A DNA stretch of 64,000 nt from an uncultured delta proteobacterium (GTDB lineage: Bacteria; Desulfobacterota; Binatia; UBA9968). The position numbers and the translations under genes are program-made. Shown one piece after another: positions 8,163 through 16,979 of this stretch. The stretch covers positions 384,001-448,000 of the forward strand of contig CAVYTU010000017.1 of the NCBI GenBank assembly GCA_963771465.1. Direction: 5' to 3'. Below the pieces are notes generated by a model. The model saw nothing but the letters and a program-made list of their open reading frames with translations, was not told the DNA's origin and searched no databases. Each line of letters opens with the position of its first letter. Position 1 is the first letter of the stretch.

Positions 8163-9626
8163 TTAATCCGTCGCGCGCTTTTCCATTCTCACGGTAAATC
8201 CCGGCTGCTTGATGTAAACCTGATTCGAATCTTTGCGCTTCGCTAGCTGCTCGATGATTTTTACCAACGGCTGGGTTGCGTCGAGATACTCGCGCGGTTT
8301 ACCGTGATCGGGCAATGCCTTGACGTAATCTGCACCGGCGAAGTAGTGGAGAATAAGATCTTCGTCGGAAAGCTGCGCGCCGTATTTTTGGCGAATCTCA
8401 TGCAACGTCGGCTCCGGCTGTTGCCAATGCGTCCACTCTTTGGCGCGCGGCCGGCTTAAAATTTTATCTCTCACGTTGGGATCCATTACCTCGACCGCTT
8501 CTTTGCCCCAGATGCCCAACGCGTACTGAATGTTTTGATCCGGAACCTCTTTGTAGCGCTCGCCGACGATGACGTTGATCGCCGCTTGGGTGCCGACGAA
8601 TTGCGATAGCGGCGTGACCATGATCGGATAGCCGAAGTCCTTGCGCACCACGCCGGCTTCTTCCAGCGCCGCTTCCATCAGGTGTTCCTTGCCGACGATT
8701 TTCAATTGGTGGCGCATGTTGGAAATCATGCCGCCGGGCACTTGGTGTTGGTACATCGCTTCGTCGTATTCCACCGGTTTGCCGATCGGTAGGCCGTCGC
8801 GTTTGGCGACTTCGGTGAAATGTTTCACCACCGGCTCGAGTGGCTTTAGTTCGATCTGCGGTTCGTAGCCAAGCGCTTTAAGATTGTTGGCGATGTTAAA
8901 GATCGACGGTTGCGACGAGCCGTTGGCCAGCGGCGGGATCGCGGTGTGGAGGATGCGCATGCCGAGCTTGACGCCTTCCAAGTAGTTCAATGGCGCCTGG
9001 CCGCTGTTGCAGTGGGCGTGAAATTCTACCGGAATAGCGCCGGCGGCTTTGAGCACTACCGGTATTAAAGTGCGCGCGCGGTCAGGCGTGAGCAGGCCAC
9101 CGACGTCTTTGAAACAGATGCGCCAGGGTTTACTCGCTGCCGCCTCTTTGGCTTTTCTGGCGTAATATTCGTCGGTGTGGCGCGGCGAGACGGAGTAGAT
9201 CAGATTGGCCACGGTGTCCATGCCGTGGTTTCTCAAATCGTCGATCTCTTCCTTGAACGCGCTGTAATCGTTCCAGCAATTCGACGTGCGCGTCAGCGTG
9301 AGTCCGTAGGAGACCAGCCGCTCGACCAGTAGCTTGAGAATGGCATGCGGGGTTTTTTCAAAAGCGCTGTGCATGCCGCCGTGATAGCGCAGGCGAGTTT
9401 TTTTGATCCGTTTAGTGCCTTCTTTGAGCCAGTACCAAGGATTTTCCTTGTGTTCGCGGACATATTTCTTGAAAATCACGCTGAGAAAAAATTCCATCGA
9501 CTCGAAGCCGGCTTCGTCCATATGCGCCAGCGCCGGCAGCATGGAGCCGATCTTCATATTCAATGCCCATAGGCTTTGGTTGCCGTCGCGCACGGTGGTG
9601 TCGATGAAGCGCACTTCGTTGGTCAT
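8163..9626 (-). CDS. Pyruvate carboxylase subunit B / oxaloacetate decarboxylase alpha-like carboxyltransferase, no biotinyl domain
   Basis: DTTVRDGNQSL, CFKDVGGLL, FHAHCNSG, QVPGGMISN, YPIMVTPLSQFVG; no EAMKM motif; start ATG 9626 after GAGGAG. Confidence 0.88.
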   Translation of the reverse strand: MTNEVRFIDTTVRDGNQSLWALNMKIGSMLPALAHMDEAGFESMEFFLSVIFKKYVREHKENPWYWLKEGTKRIKKTRLRYHGGMHSAFEKTPHAILKLLVERLVSYGLTLTRTSNCWNDYSAFKEEIDDLRNHGMDTVANLIYSVSPRHTDEYYARKAKEAAASKPWRICFKDVGGLLTPDRARTLIPVVLKAAGAIPVEFHAHCNSGQAPLNYLEGVKLGMRILHTAIPPLANGSSQPSIFNIANNLKALGYEPQIELKPLEPVVKHFTEVAKRDGLPIGKPVEYDEAMYQHQVPGGMISNMRHQLKIVGKEHLMEAALEEAGVVRKDFGYPIMVTPLSQFVGTQAAINVIVGERYKEVPDQNIQYALGIWGKEAVEVMDPNVRDKILSRPRAKEWTHWQQPEPTLHEIRQKYGAQLSDEDLILHYFAGADYVKALPDHGKPREYLDATQPLVKIIEQLAKRKDSNQVYIKQPGFTVRMEKRATD

Positions 9627-9644
9627 TCTTACTCCTCGAAAACC

Positions 9645-9680
9645 GTTCAAGTCGTTCAAGCCGTTCAAAAAGTTCAAATC
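9645..9680 (+). repeat. 9-bp-period tandem micro-array, 4 units
   Basis: gttcaagtc gttcaagcc gttcaaaaa gttcaaatc. Confidence 0.85.
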
Positions 9681-9760
9681 GCCGGACCCGAGCCTGACTT
9701 GACGATTCAATATCTGTATAAATAAATTGCTCTCAGTTCAAACTACCGAGGTGCGACGTT

Positions 9761-10180
9761 ATGAAAAGTTTTCGCAAGGAACTTTGGTTCAATACCCCGA
9801 CGCGGGTGGCGTTCGTCAATATCACGCGGCAGGTTGAAGAGTGCATCCGCGAAAGCGGTGTGAAAGAAGGTCTCGTGCTGGCCAATGCCATGCATATCAC
9901 CGCGTCGGTATTCATCAACGACGATGAGACCGGCTTGCACCATGATTATTCCGCTTGGTTGGAAAAACTCGCGCCCCATGAGCCGATCAAGCAATACCGT
10001 CACAACGACACCGGCGAGGACAACGCCGACGCGCATATCAAGCGCCAAGTCATGGGCCGTGAAGTGGTCGTCGCGATCACCGACGGCAAGCTCGACTTCG
10101 GTCCGTGGGAGCAAATTTTCTACGGCGAATTCGACGGGCGCCGGAAAAAGCGTGTGCTGGTTAAAATTATCGGCGAATAG
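9761..10180 (+). CDS. yjbQ: YjbQ (UPF0047, secondary thiamine-phosphate synthase) family protein
   Basis: [36 protein letters not shown]. Confidence 0.9.
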   Translation: MKSFRKELWFNTPTRVAFVNITRQVEECIRESGVKEGLVLANAMHITASVFINDDETGLHHDYSAWLEKLAPHEPIKQYRHNDTGEDNADAHIKRQVMGREVVVAITDGKLDFGPWEQIFYGEFDGRRKKRVLVKIIGE

Positions 10181-10215
10181 CGGAGTCTTCGCTCGCGCGG
10201 CAATTGGGTTTAGGC

Positions 10216-11094
10216 TTATTTAGCCAGAGCGACTTCGACCGTGTTACCGATGTCGAACGCCATCAAGTCGTCTCCCACCACGAGTGGCCCAGCATAGTGC
10301 GCGCGCGTCGCCGGAATCAGATCTTCGGCTTTCGCGCCGCCGAACAGCAGGAGATGATTGTACACCGCCAATTTCGGCTGTACGCGGGAAAAGACGATGC
10401 CGGCTTGGTCCGGCGTCGTGTGGTTGCTGCTGATTCTTTTGAGTTGTTCCTGGTTTTCCGCTGCCGCGCCCGCCGCGGCGGTGACTTCGTGGATTAACAA
10501 GTCCGTGCCCTTCGCGTGGCGAATGAGGTTCTCGTTGAACGTCGTGTCGCCGGAAAGAACGACCGAATGGCCGCGGTAATTGATCCGGTAGCCGAATGCC
10601 GGCAAGTCCTCGCCGCCATGATCGACTTCGAAGGCGAAGATTCTCACGCCGTTGCGATCGAACACCATGCCTTCGTTGATGCCGTCCGCTTCCAGCTTTA
10701 CGCCTTCGGGCGGATAGTTGTGGCTGCGCACGCGGATGTCGACGTGAAATGCTTTCGGCAAGTGCTCCATCATCTGTTTGGTTCCGTCAGGTCCCCAAAC
10801 CCGCAGCGGAGTTTTTCTCATGCCCCAGGGTCGGCCGATCCAACCGGTGAGCCAGAGATCGACAAAGCCGACGACGTGGTCCGAGTGATGGTGCGTGAGA
10901 AAAACGCCGGTGATGTCGGCGAAGGGAATGCTCAATTGATGCAGCCGCTGCATGGCGCCGCGCCCGGCATCGAAGATTAGTTTCTCTTTGCCCGCTTCGA
11001 CCAGCGTGCTCGGACCGAAGCGGTCGAGCACCGGCGGCGGCGCGCCGCTGCCTAACAGTGTGACGCGAAATAAGTCCGTGGGTTGTTCGGCCAT
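10216..11094 (-). CDS. MBL-fold metallo-hydrolase (RNase Z/arylsulfatase-like)
   Basis: TLLGSG, FLTHHHSDH, VVLSGDT, LLIHEV, NHTTP. Confidence 0.9.
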   Translation of the reverse strand: MAEQPTDLFRVTLLGSGAPPPVLDRFGPSTLVEAGKEKLIFDAGRGAMQRLHQLSIPFADITGVFLTHHHSDHVVGFVDLWLTGWIGRPWGMRKTPLRVWGPDGTKQMMEHLPKAFHVDIRVRSHNYPPEGVKLEADGINEGMVFDRNGVRIFAFEVDHGGEDLPAFGYRINYRGHSVVLSGDTTFNENLIRHAKGTDLLIHEVTAAAGAAAENQEQLKRISSNHTTPDQAGIVFSRVQPKLAVYNHLLLFGGAKAEDLIPATRAHYAGPLVVGDDLMAFDIGNTVEVALAK

Positions 11095-11220
11095 GTTGGA
11101 CTCCTGATTCCCGTTTGTTCAATCAATCGCGAGTACGCGCGTAGCCTACCACCATGAGGATCAAATTGAGAAGCGTCATGCGCAATTGATTGACGACCTG
11201 TTGACCTATATGTTTGGCAA

Positions 11221-12453
11221 GTGAAGACAACGTCAAAGGATCGATTGCTACCCGCGGCGCGTGATAAGCGCGATAGATCAGTTGGAGCGCACCGTGAACC
11301 CTACGAGTCGCCGTGCCCGCACTTTCCCAACTGCGTCGGCTGTCCTTTCATAAAGCTGCCCTATCCCGAGCAATTGTTGCGCAAGCGCGAAATCGTTCGG
11401 CGCGCCTTCACCGAATATTCGTCACTGGCTGCCGTCGAGATTCCCCCGGTGGCGCCGTCGCCCGAGCGACTGGGCTATCGCGCGCGGGTGAAGCTGGTCG
11501 TCCGGCGCAATCGCGGCGAGGTCGCGGTGGGATTATTTGTCCCGCAAACCCATCGCGTCATCGACATCTCCTCTTGCCCGGTGCATCCGCGGCCGGTCAA
11601 TCAAGTCGTCTATTACCTGAAGAAGAAACTGGTCGAGCTTGGCATCGCGCCCTACGATGAGCGTAACGACAGCGGCGATGTGCGCTATTTGGATTTCCGT
11701 TACAGTTTCGCGCGCAAGGAATTGAGCGTCACGCTGGTGACGCGCCACGACTCGTTGCCACAAGGCGAAGCGCTGGCGGATGCGTTGCATCACCGTTTTC
11801 CGTTCATCACCGGCGTGATCCAAAACGTCAACGAGGAGCGCGGCAACGTTATCTGGGGCAAGAGCTTTCGGATGCTCGGTGGGCGCGACACGTTGATGGA
11901 ACGGATCGGCGATCTGAAGCTGGTGTTTCCCGCCGGCGCCTTTTCTCAAGCTAATCCTTTCACCGCGCGCAAACTCTACGAACATGTGCGCGCGCTAGCA
12001 GATCTGAAAGGCGTCGAAACCGTCTTCGATCTTTATTGCGGCGTCGGGCCGATTTCGTTTTATCTCGCGACTTCGGCGCGCCAAGTCTGGGGGGTGGACG
12101 ATAGTGAGCTTTCAATCACGACGGCCAAGCAAAATGGCCGGCGCAATGGGCGCGGCAACTGCCGCTTCGTCGCCGGCGAGGTGGCGACGATAGTGAGTCA
12201 ATGGAAGCAATCGATACCGGATGTCGATTTGATCGTGCTCAATCCGCCGCGCAAAGGCATTCAGAGCGCGGCGATGACGGAGTTATTGGAGATCGGCGCG
12301 CCGAGGTTGATTTACGTGTCGTGCGAGCCGAAAAGTCTGGCGCGCGACTTAAACAAGTTCAATGAACACGGCTATCGTATTACCCATGTCCAGCCCTTCG
12401 ATATGTTTCCGCAGACTGAGGAAGTGGAAACTGTGGTGAGGTTGGAGAGGTGA
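11221..12453 (+). CDS. rlmD: 23S rRNA (uracil-C5)-methyltransferase RlmD-like, no TRAM domain
   Basis: CPHFPNCVGC Fe-S motif, FSQAN, DLYCGVG, NPPRKG, YVSC, DMFPQT. Confidence 0.85.
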   Translation: MKTTSKDRLLPAARDKRDRSVGAHREPYESPCPHFPNCVGCPFIKLPYPEQLLRKREIVRRAFTEYSSLAAVEIPPVAPSPERLGYRARVKLVVRRNRGEVAVGLFVPQTHRVIDISSCPVHPRPVNQVVYYLKKKLVELGIAPYDERNDSGDVRYLDFRYSFARKELSVTLVTRHDSLPQGEALADALHHRFPFITGVIQNVNEERGNVIWGKSFRMLGGRDTLMERIGDLKLVFPAGAFSQANPFTARKLYEHVRALADLKGVETVFDLYCGVGPISFYLATSARQVWGVDDSELSITTAKQNGRRNGRGNCRFVAGEVATIVSQWKQSIPDVDLIVLNPPRKGIQSAAMTELLEIGAPRLIYVSCEPKSLARDLNKFNEHGYRITHVQPFDMFPQTEEVETVVRLER

Positions 12454-12487
12454 AGCAACTGACGGTGGAAGTAAATTTTCTCGTTAT

Positions 12488-13678
12488 TCAATCCGACCGA
12501 TAACTCCATAGCTGGGGGATCGCCCAGCAGGTTGCCAGTACGGTAACCGTGCAAAGCACGCAGCCGACCAGCGCGGCGTTGGGCGCGCCGAGGAGCGCCG
12601 CGCCGGCGCCAGCGATGACCGCGCCGGTGGCGTTGGTGGTTTGCGCGAAGACCGTTAGAAAACTCGTGGCGCGCCCGCGCATGTCGTCGGGCGCGAGTAT
12701 TTGCACGACGGTGCGGCGCATGGCGACGCTGACCGCGTCGCCGATGCCGAGCAGTCCGAGCGCGATCAATCCCATCCAATACCATTGTGACAGGCCGAGA
12801 AAGCCGAGACTTAGCGCGAACGCCAGCGTAGCGATCGCGGAAACGGCGCCTTTGCGCTTGATGTCGCCGCAACTGAGTAGGATCGCCGAGCCGACGACCG
12901 CGCCGATGGCCGGCGCGGCATAAAGCATGCCCAAGCCGCGCGCGCCAACGTGGTAAACCTCTTCGGCGAAGATCGGCAGAATGGGGCGAAAGTAGCCGAA
13001 CAAGACGGCGAAAAAATCGAGCAGGAACAGCGACAGAATAATTCGCGTGTGCCAGAGAAATTCGAAACCTTCGATCAAGCTGCGCCAGCCGATCCGGCGG
13101 CGCGCGCCTTGGGGTTGGCCGGAGGCACTAATCATCAGCGCCGCGATGACCGATGGGATTGGCAGCGCGGCGTCGATAAAGTAGGAAGTCGCGACGCCGA
13201 ACAAGTCGATCACAAAACCGGCGATGACTGGCGCGGTGAGTTGTGCGCCTTGCATCAACAGCGTGGTTATCGTCACCGCATTCAAGAGATGCGATTGCGG
13301 AATCACGCTCGGCACGATCGCCTGGCGCGCCGGGCCGCCGAGCACTTGCAATGCTCCCGCGATAACGCTCAGCACATTGACATGCCACACCTCGACGGTT
13401 CCCGTTACCGTTAGAATTCCCAGCGCCAATCCCGGCAAGATGTTGAGCGTGTGGGTGACCGCGATCAGCCGCTTGCGATTAAAAGTATCGGCGAGCACGC
13501 CGCCGAACAGGCCGAAGACGATCGCTGGCAGCGCCTGGAAGAATCCGGCGAAGCCGAGCTGCACCGACGATCCCGACAGCTGATAGACTTGATAGAGGCT
13601 CGCCACCGAACGCATGTGGTTCGAGGTGCTGCCGCAAATAATCGTTATGAAGATCAAACGATAGTCGCGGATCAACAA
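12488..13678 (-). CDS. MFS transporter (EntS/H+ antiporter-like); true start uncertain
   Basis: About 12 hydrophobic helices; GGVLADTFNRKRL motif A; DDMRGR. The frame stays open upstream (TEPSTGPIRPWSS) without a canonical start. Confidence 0.88.
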   Translation of the reverse strand: MLIRDYRLIFITIICGSTSNHMRSVASLYQVYQLSGSSVQLGFAGFFQALPAIVFGLFGGVLADTFNRKRLIAVTHTLNILPGLALGILTVTGTVEVWHVNVLSVIAGALQVLGGPARQAIVPSVIPQSHLLNAVTITTLLMQGAQLTAPVIAGFVIDLFGVATSYFIDAALPIPSVIAALMISASGQPQGARRRIGWRSLIEGFEFLWHTRIILSLFLLDFFAVLFGYFRPILPIFAEEVYHVGARGLGMLYAAPAIGAVVGSAILLSCGDIKRKGAVSAIATLAFALSLGFLGLSQWYWMGLIALGLLGIGDAVSVAMRRTVVQILAPDDMRGRATSFLTVFAQTTNATGAVIAGAGAALLGAPNAALVGCVLCTVTVLATCWAIPQLWSYRSD

Positions 13679-13829
13679 CGACGACCAAGGACGGATCGGA
13701 CCCGTTGACGGTTCGGTGAGAGGGATGACCAGAAGCTTCTGACACTCGGTTGCTCTTGACGCGGAAATCGCAGTGCCGCCAATGTAGCGGTTCGATTGGA
13801 GAGCGTCAAACGTGGAGAGGAGGAAGAAT

Positions 13830-13860
13830 TTAGCCGCAAAGAACTCAAAGCGCGAAAAAA
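13830..13860 (+). repeat. Half of a dispersed TTAGCCGCAAAG-type repeat
   Basis: ttagccgcaaag at about 13830 is the reverse complement of ctttgcggctaa at about 23220. Confidence 0.45.
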
Positions 13861-13862
13861 GT

Positions 13863-14336
13863 CTAAGGTTCTCGAACAGTGGGCTTCATTGATCCTTTTG
13901 AAATATCTTCATTCAGAGTTCGAATACAATCAAAACAAATGATGGCGTTCGTGCCTTCAAAGCATCCTTCTATTTTGAAATATGGTTTGCCGCAGAAGGA
14001 ACATTTGGGCTCGAAGTCTTCTGGTAGCAGGTCCTTTTCACTGATGTTTGGATGCTCCCAAATGTTGGACACCCCTTCATATTCTACTTCGGCACGGTTC
14101 ATTGCTGCTTCTAGGGTATTAAATGCCGAAGCACCCAGAACTTCCCAATCATCTTTACAGTAGCAAAGCAGGAATTCTGTATCCTCGATTTGCTGACAAA
14201 TGGCTAGAGCAGGAACCCGCCCAACGGGTTTGCCGTCAACAAATACATTAGTGCGATTCTTAAACGTCACCGATGAATCAAGAATCGCAAAGGCCTTCAG
14301 CAACGCACTGGCAAGAAGTCTTGGCGGCTGTTTCAT
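13863..14336 (-). CDS. Hypothetical protein with C-terminal ClpX-type C4 zinc finger
   Basis: CSFCGK...IICFDCI; AT-richer than neighbours; start moved to ATG 14336 because the ORF-track start overlaps the next gene. Confidence 0.75.
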   Translation of the reverse strand: MKQPPRLLASALLKAFAILDSSVTFKNRTNVFVDGKPVGRVPALAICQQIEDTEFLLCYCKDDWEVLGASAFNTLEAAMNRAEVEYEGVSNIWEHPNISEKDLLPEDFEPKCSFCGKPYFKIEGCFEGTNAIICFDCIRTLNEDISKGSMKPTVREP

Positions 14337-14365
14337 TGTTTTGACGCTCAACGATGGAATTCTCG

Positions 14366-15718
14366 TTATAGAAAATAACCGCCCACCACCGCCTCCTTCC
14401 ATGACTTGATCACCGACGGCACGATCCCCGCAGGTAAATCCTTTTCCGGTTTCCAAAAACTATGGACGCCGGCGCCGAAGCGGGTGATGGCGATTTTCGG
14501 GGCGGGTTTCATGGCGCGAAAGCCGGGCAGGATCACTTCGTTGTAAACTTCAGGACTGTGATCGCGGCTGTCTTTCGATATCTCGAACAGGAACGGCGGC
14601 ACGGGTTTTACGTTTGGCCCTGACATTTCCCGGGTGTAGCCGACGAATCGATTGACCAGCGCTTCGGTTTCCTCTTTGTTCATTTTCATTCTTGCCGCGG
14701 TCACCCGCGCGCCTTCGGCGAGAGAGGTCGTGATCGCGTGGGTGACGAGATATTCGGCCTTGAACTGGGGCCGGTTTTTCGCGCGTTCCCAGGCGTCGAG
14801 CACATCTTCCATGAGTGCTGGCAAGCGCATCAACGCGTTGGGTCCTTCCTGGCCGAGTGACTCTGGGCCTAAGTAACGGGCAAGATCGCGCCAGGTGCGA
14901 ATGTAGAGTTCATCGAACGGATCGCTGCGCGGCTTGCCTTGCTTCTCTGGTTTTTCGTAGCCGCTGATTTTGCCGAGTTCCCCGCCCCACACCTCCCGGC
15001 CGGAGCAAAGATAGCCGAAGGGAGAATGCTCGGTGGCGCACACGCCGGCCATGTTGGGAATGCGCTGCGACAACATGCAGATGAACGGGCCGCCGGTGGA
15101 GTGGCCTTGGCCGTAGACGGAAAATTCACCGACGGGGAAGTGGCGCCGGCAGGCTTCGATCATGCCTTCTTCGAACGCCGCCGGCCAGGCGGCCATGCGA
15201 TACCAGAAAATTGTTTCCGGCTTGGCTTTCGCCAACGTACGCGTGCCGTAGCGGTTGCGCTTGGTGGGATCTTTGACGACTTCGTACTGATCCGGTGTGA
15301 TCAATTCGCCTTGTTTCCAGATCGGCGTGCGCACCGTGCCGTCGGCGTGGATCGTGTCGTCGGGCCAGTCGCGTTTGGCATCGGGAAAGTAAAATCGTCC
15401 GGGAAACGTGCCGGCGATGATCCGGCAGCCGTATTTGCTGGCGAGCAATTTGGCGTGGCGCTCGATGCCTTTGAAATCGCTCGAACCGCCGTGCAGCAAG
15501 AAAAAGCCGATCTTTTTACCGTCGGCGCCGGTGGGGATTTTACTGGCGTCCACCGGTTCGTGCACGACCATGCCCAAGTCCCAATCGAGCCCGAGCACGT
15601 TGATGCGATAAATATCTTCGCTGCTCTTGATCGCAATGTCGGGCGTGCCCAACACTTCCTCGGTGTCCTTGATGCACTGCTCGCGTGAGATAAATTGAGG
15701 TGCTTGCCATTGGCTCAT
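14366..15718 (-). CDS. Uncharacterised large alpha/beta-hydrolase-fold protein
   Basis: FLLHGGS, GHSTGG elbow, C-terminal GVHS; start ATG 15718 after AAGGAG. Confidence 0.75.
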   Translation of the reverse strand: MSQWQAPQFISREQCIKDTEEVLGTPDIAIKSSEDIYRINVLGLDWDLGMVVHEPVDASKIPTGADGKKIGFFLLHGGSSDFKGIERHAKLLASKYGCRIIAGTFPGRFYFPDAKRDWPDDTIHADGTVRTPIWKQGELITPDQYEVVKDPTKRNRYGTRTLAKAKPETIFWYRMAAWPAAFEEGMIEACRRHFPVGEFSVYGQGHSTGGPFICMLSQRIPNMAGVCATEHSPFGYLCSGREVWGGELGKISGYEKPEKQGKPRSDPFDELYIRTWRDLARYLGPESLGQEGPNALMRLPALMEDVLDAWERAKNRPQFKAEYLVTHAITTSLAEGARVTAARMKMNKEETEALVNRFVGYTREMSGPNVKPVPPFLFEISKDSRDHSPEVYNEVILPGFRAMKPAPKIAITRFGAGVHSFWKPEKDLPAGIVPSVIKSWKEAVVGGYFL

Positions 15719-15869
15719 GATTGGCTTCTCCTTATTCTTGATTGTCGTTCCTTCGATTAACTCGCGTCGGTAGGCCAAGTCAACCGTCGGAATGGTTGGG
15801 CGACGATGCGCCGGAAAATTTGCCGCCAGGCTTTGCAATAGATGGCCCAGTGATAATAGAAGTGAGGGC

Positions 15870-16832
15870 ATGAAAGTTCTGATCACAGGCGGCATGGGCG
15901 TCAACGGCGCGGTGACGGCGCGCTTGATGGTGCGCGACGGTTTGCGGCCGGTGCTGATGGACAACCGCGTCGATCTGACTTTGACGGCTGACATCAAGGA
16001 CAAGGTCGACATCGTCACCGGCGATATCTGCGATCAAGCGGTTTTGGAAAAAGCCGTGGATGACTTCAAGGTCACGCACATCGCGCACCTAGCGGCGTTG
16101 ATGCCGGAACCAGCAGAGGCCAATCCGCGTCTTGGCGTCAAAGTCAGTCTCGACGGCACGATCAACGTGCTCGAAGTCGCGCGCGCTAAGGGCATCAAGC
16201 GCGTGGTCTACACGAGCTCGAAGGCGGTGTACGGCGAGATCAACGGCGACGAAGGGCCGCCGAATTACAAACCGGTGCGCGAAGATTATCGTAAGATTCC
16301 CGCCGATCTTTATGGCTCGATGAAAGTCGGCTGCGAGGAGCTTGGGCGCTACTATCGCGAGACTTACGGTATCGAATTCATCGCGCTGCGCTTCGTGTCG
16401 ATCTACGGTCCCGGCAAAGAGGCGCGCCACGGGCCGCTGTCTTTTTACGGCCAGTTGATCGAAAAGGCGCGCGAAGGGGCCAAGTGGGTGATCCCGCAGG
16501 GCGGCGATCAGTTGAATGACGCGGTTTACGTTGGCGACGTTGGCCGTTCGGTTTATCTGGCGCTCAAAGCACCGCCGCCGAAGCAGTGGACGTTTAACAT
16601 CGGCACCGGCAAGGCGAGCACGCCGCGAGAGTTCTTGAACGCGGCGGCGAAACTATTTCCAGAGCATCGCATCGAACTCGGACCTGGACCGAGCAAGTTG
16701 GGCCGCAGCAAGCAAAGCTATTGCATCTTCGATGTTTCGGCGGCGCAGCGCAATATCGGCTACGAGCCGGCGTATGACGTCGAGCAAGGCGTGAAGGACT
16801 ACGTGGAAACATTGGATCGGCTGGGGCGATAA
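15870..16832 (+). CDS. NAD-dependent epimerase/dehydratase (extended SDR)
   Basis: KVLITGGMGVNG, HLAA, YTSS, YGSMK (YxxxK), FNIGTG. Confidence 0.9.
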   Translation: MKVLITGGMGVNGAVTARLMVRDGLRPVLMDNRVDLTLTADIKDKVDIVTGDICDQAVLEKAVDDFKVTHIAHLAALMPEPAEANPRLGVKVSLDGTINVLEVARAKGIKRVVYTSSKAVYGEINGDEGPPNYKPVREDYRKIPADLYGSMKVGCEELGRYYRETYGIEFIALRFVSIYGPGKEARHGPLSFYGQLIEKAREGAKWVIPQGGDQLNDAVYVGDVGRSVYLALKAPPPKQWTFNIGTGKASTPREFLNAAAKLFPEHRIELGPGPSKLGRSKQSYCIFDVSAAQRNIGYEPAYDVEQGVKDYVETLDRLGR

Positions 16833-16844
16833 GAAGAAGACAAC

Positions 16845-16925
16845 TCACCACGAAGGACACGAAGAGCACGAAGTTCGGAGTTATAATTTTCCGAAACCTT
16901 CGTGTTCTTCGTGCCTTCGTGGTGA
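16845..16925. repeat. Long imperfect inverted repeat with 9-bp-periodic arms (CACGAAGnn)
   Basis: tcaccacgaaggacacgaagagcacgaagttcgga ... tccgaaaccttcgtgttcttcgtgccttcgtggtga; second copy at 40371. Confidence 0.85.
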
Positions 16926-16979
16926 AAAAATCAGTTTCGATAATACGGGTAAATTCGGCATTCTAAAAACGGAGGAAAT

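Noticed and set aside
9645-9680. GTTC repeats as LexA boxes
   Set aside because: The period is 9 (GTTC-N5-GTTC), not the alphaproteobacterial GTTC-N7-GTTC or the GAAC-N4-GTTC palindrome, and the neighbours are not SOS genes.
9627-9710. LNxLNx peptide extension on the carboxyltransferase
   Set aside because: It is translation of the 9-bp array; the RBS supports ATG 9626.
15719-16018. 100-aa N-terminal extension of the 550-aa ORF
   Set aside because: It overlaps the divergent SDR gene; a good RBS precedes ATG 15718.
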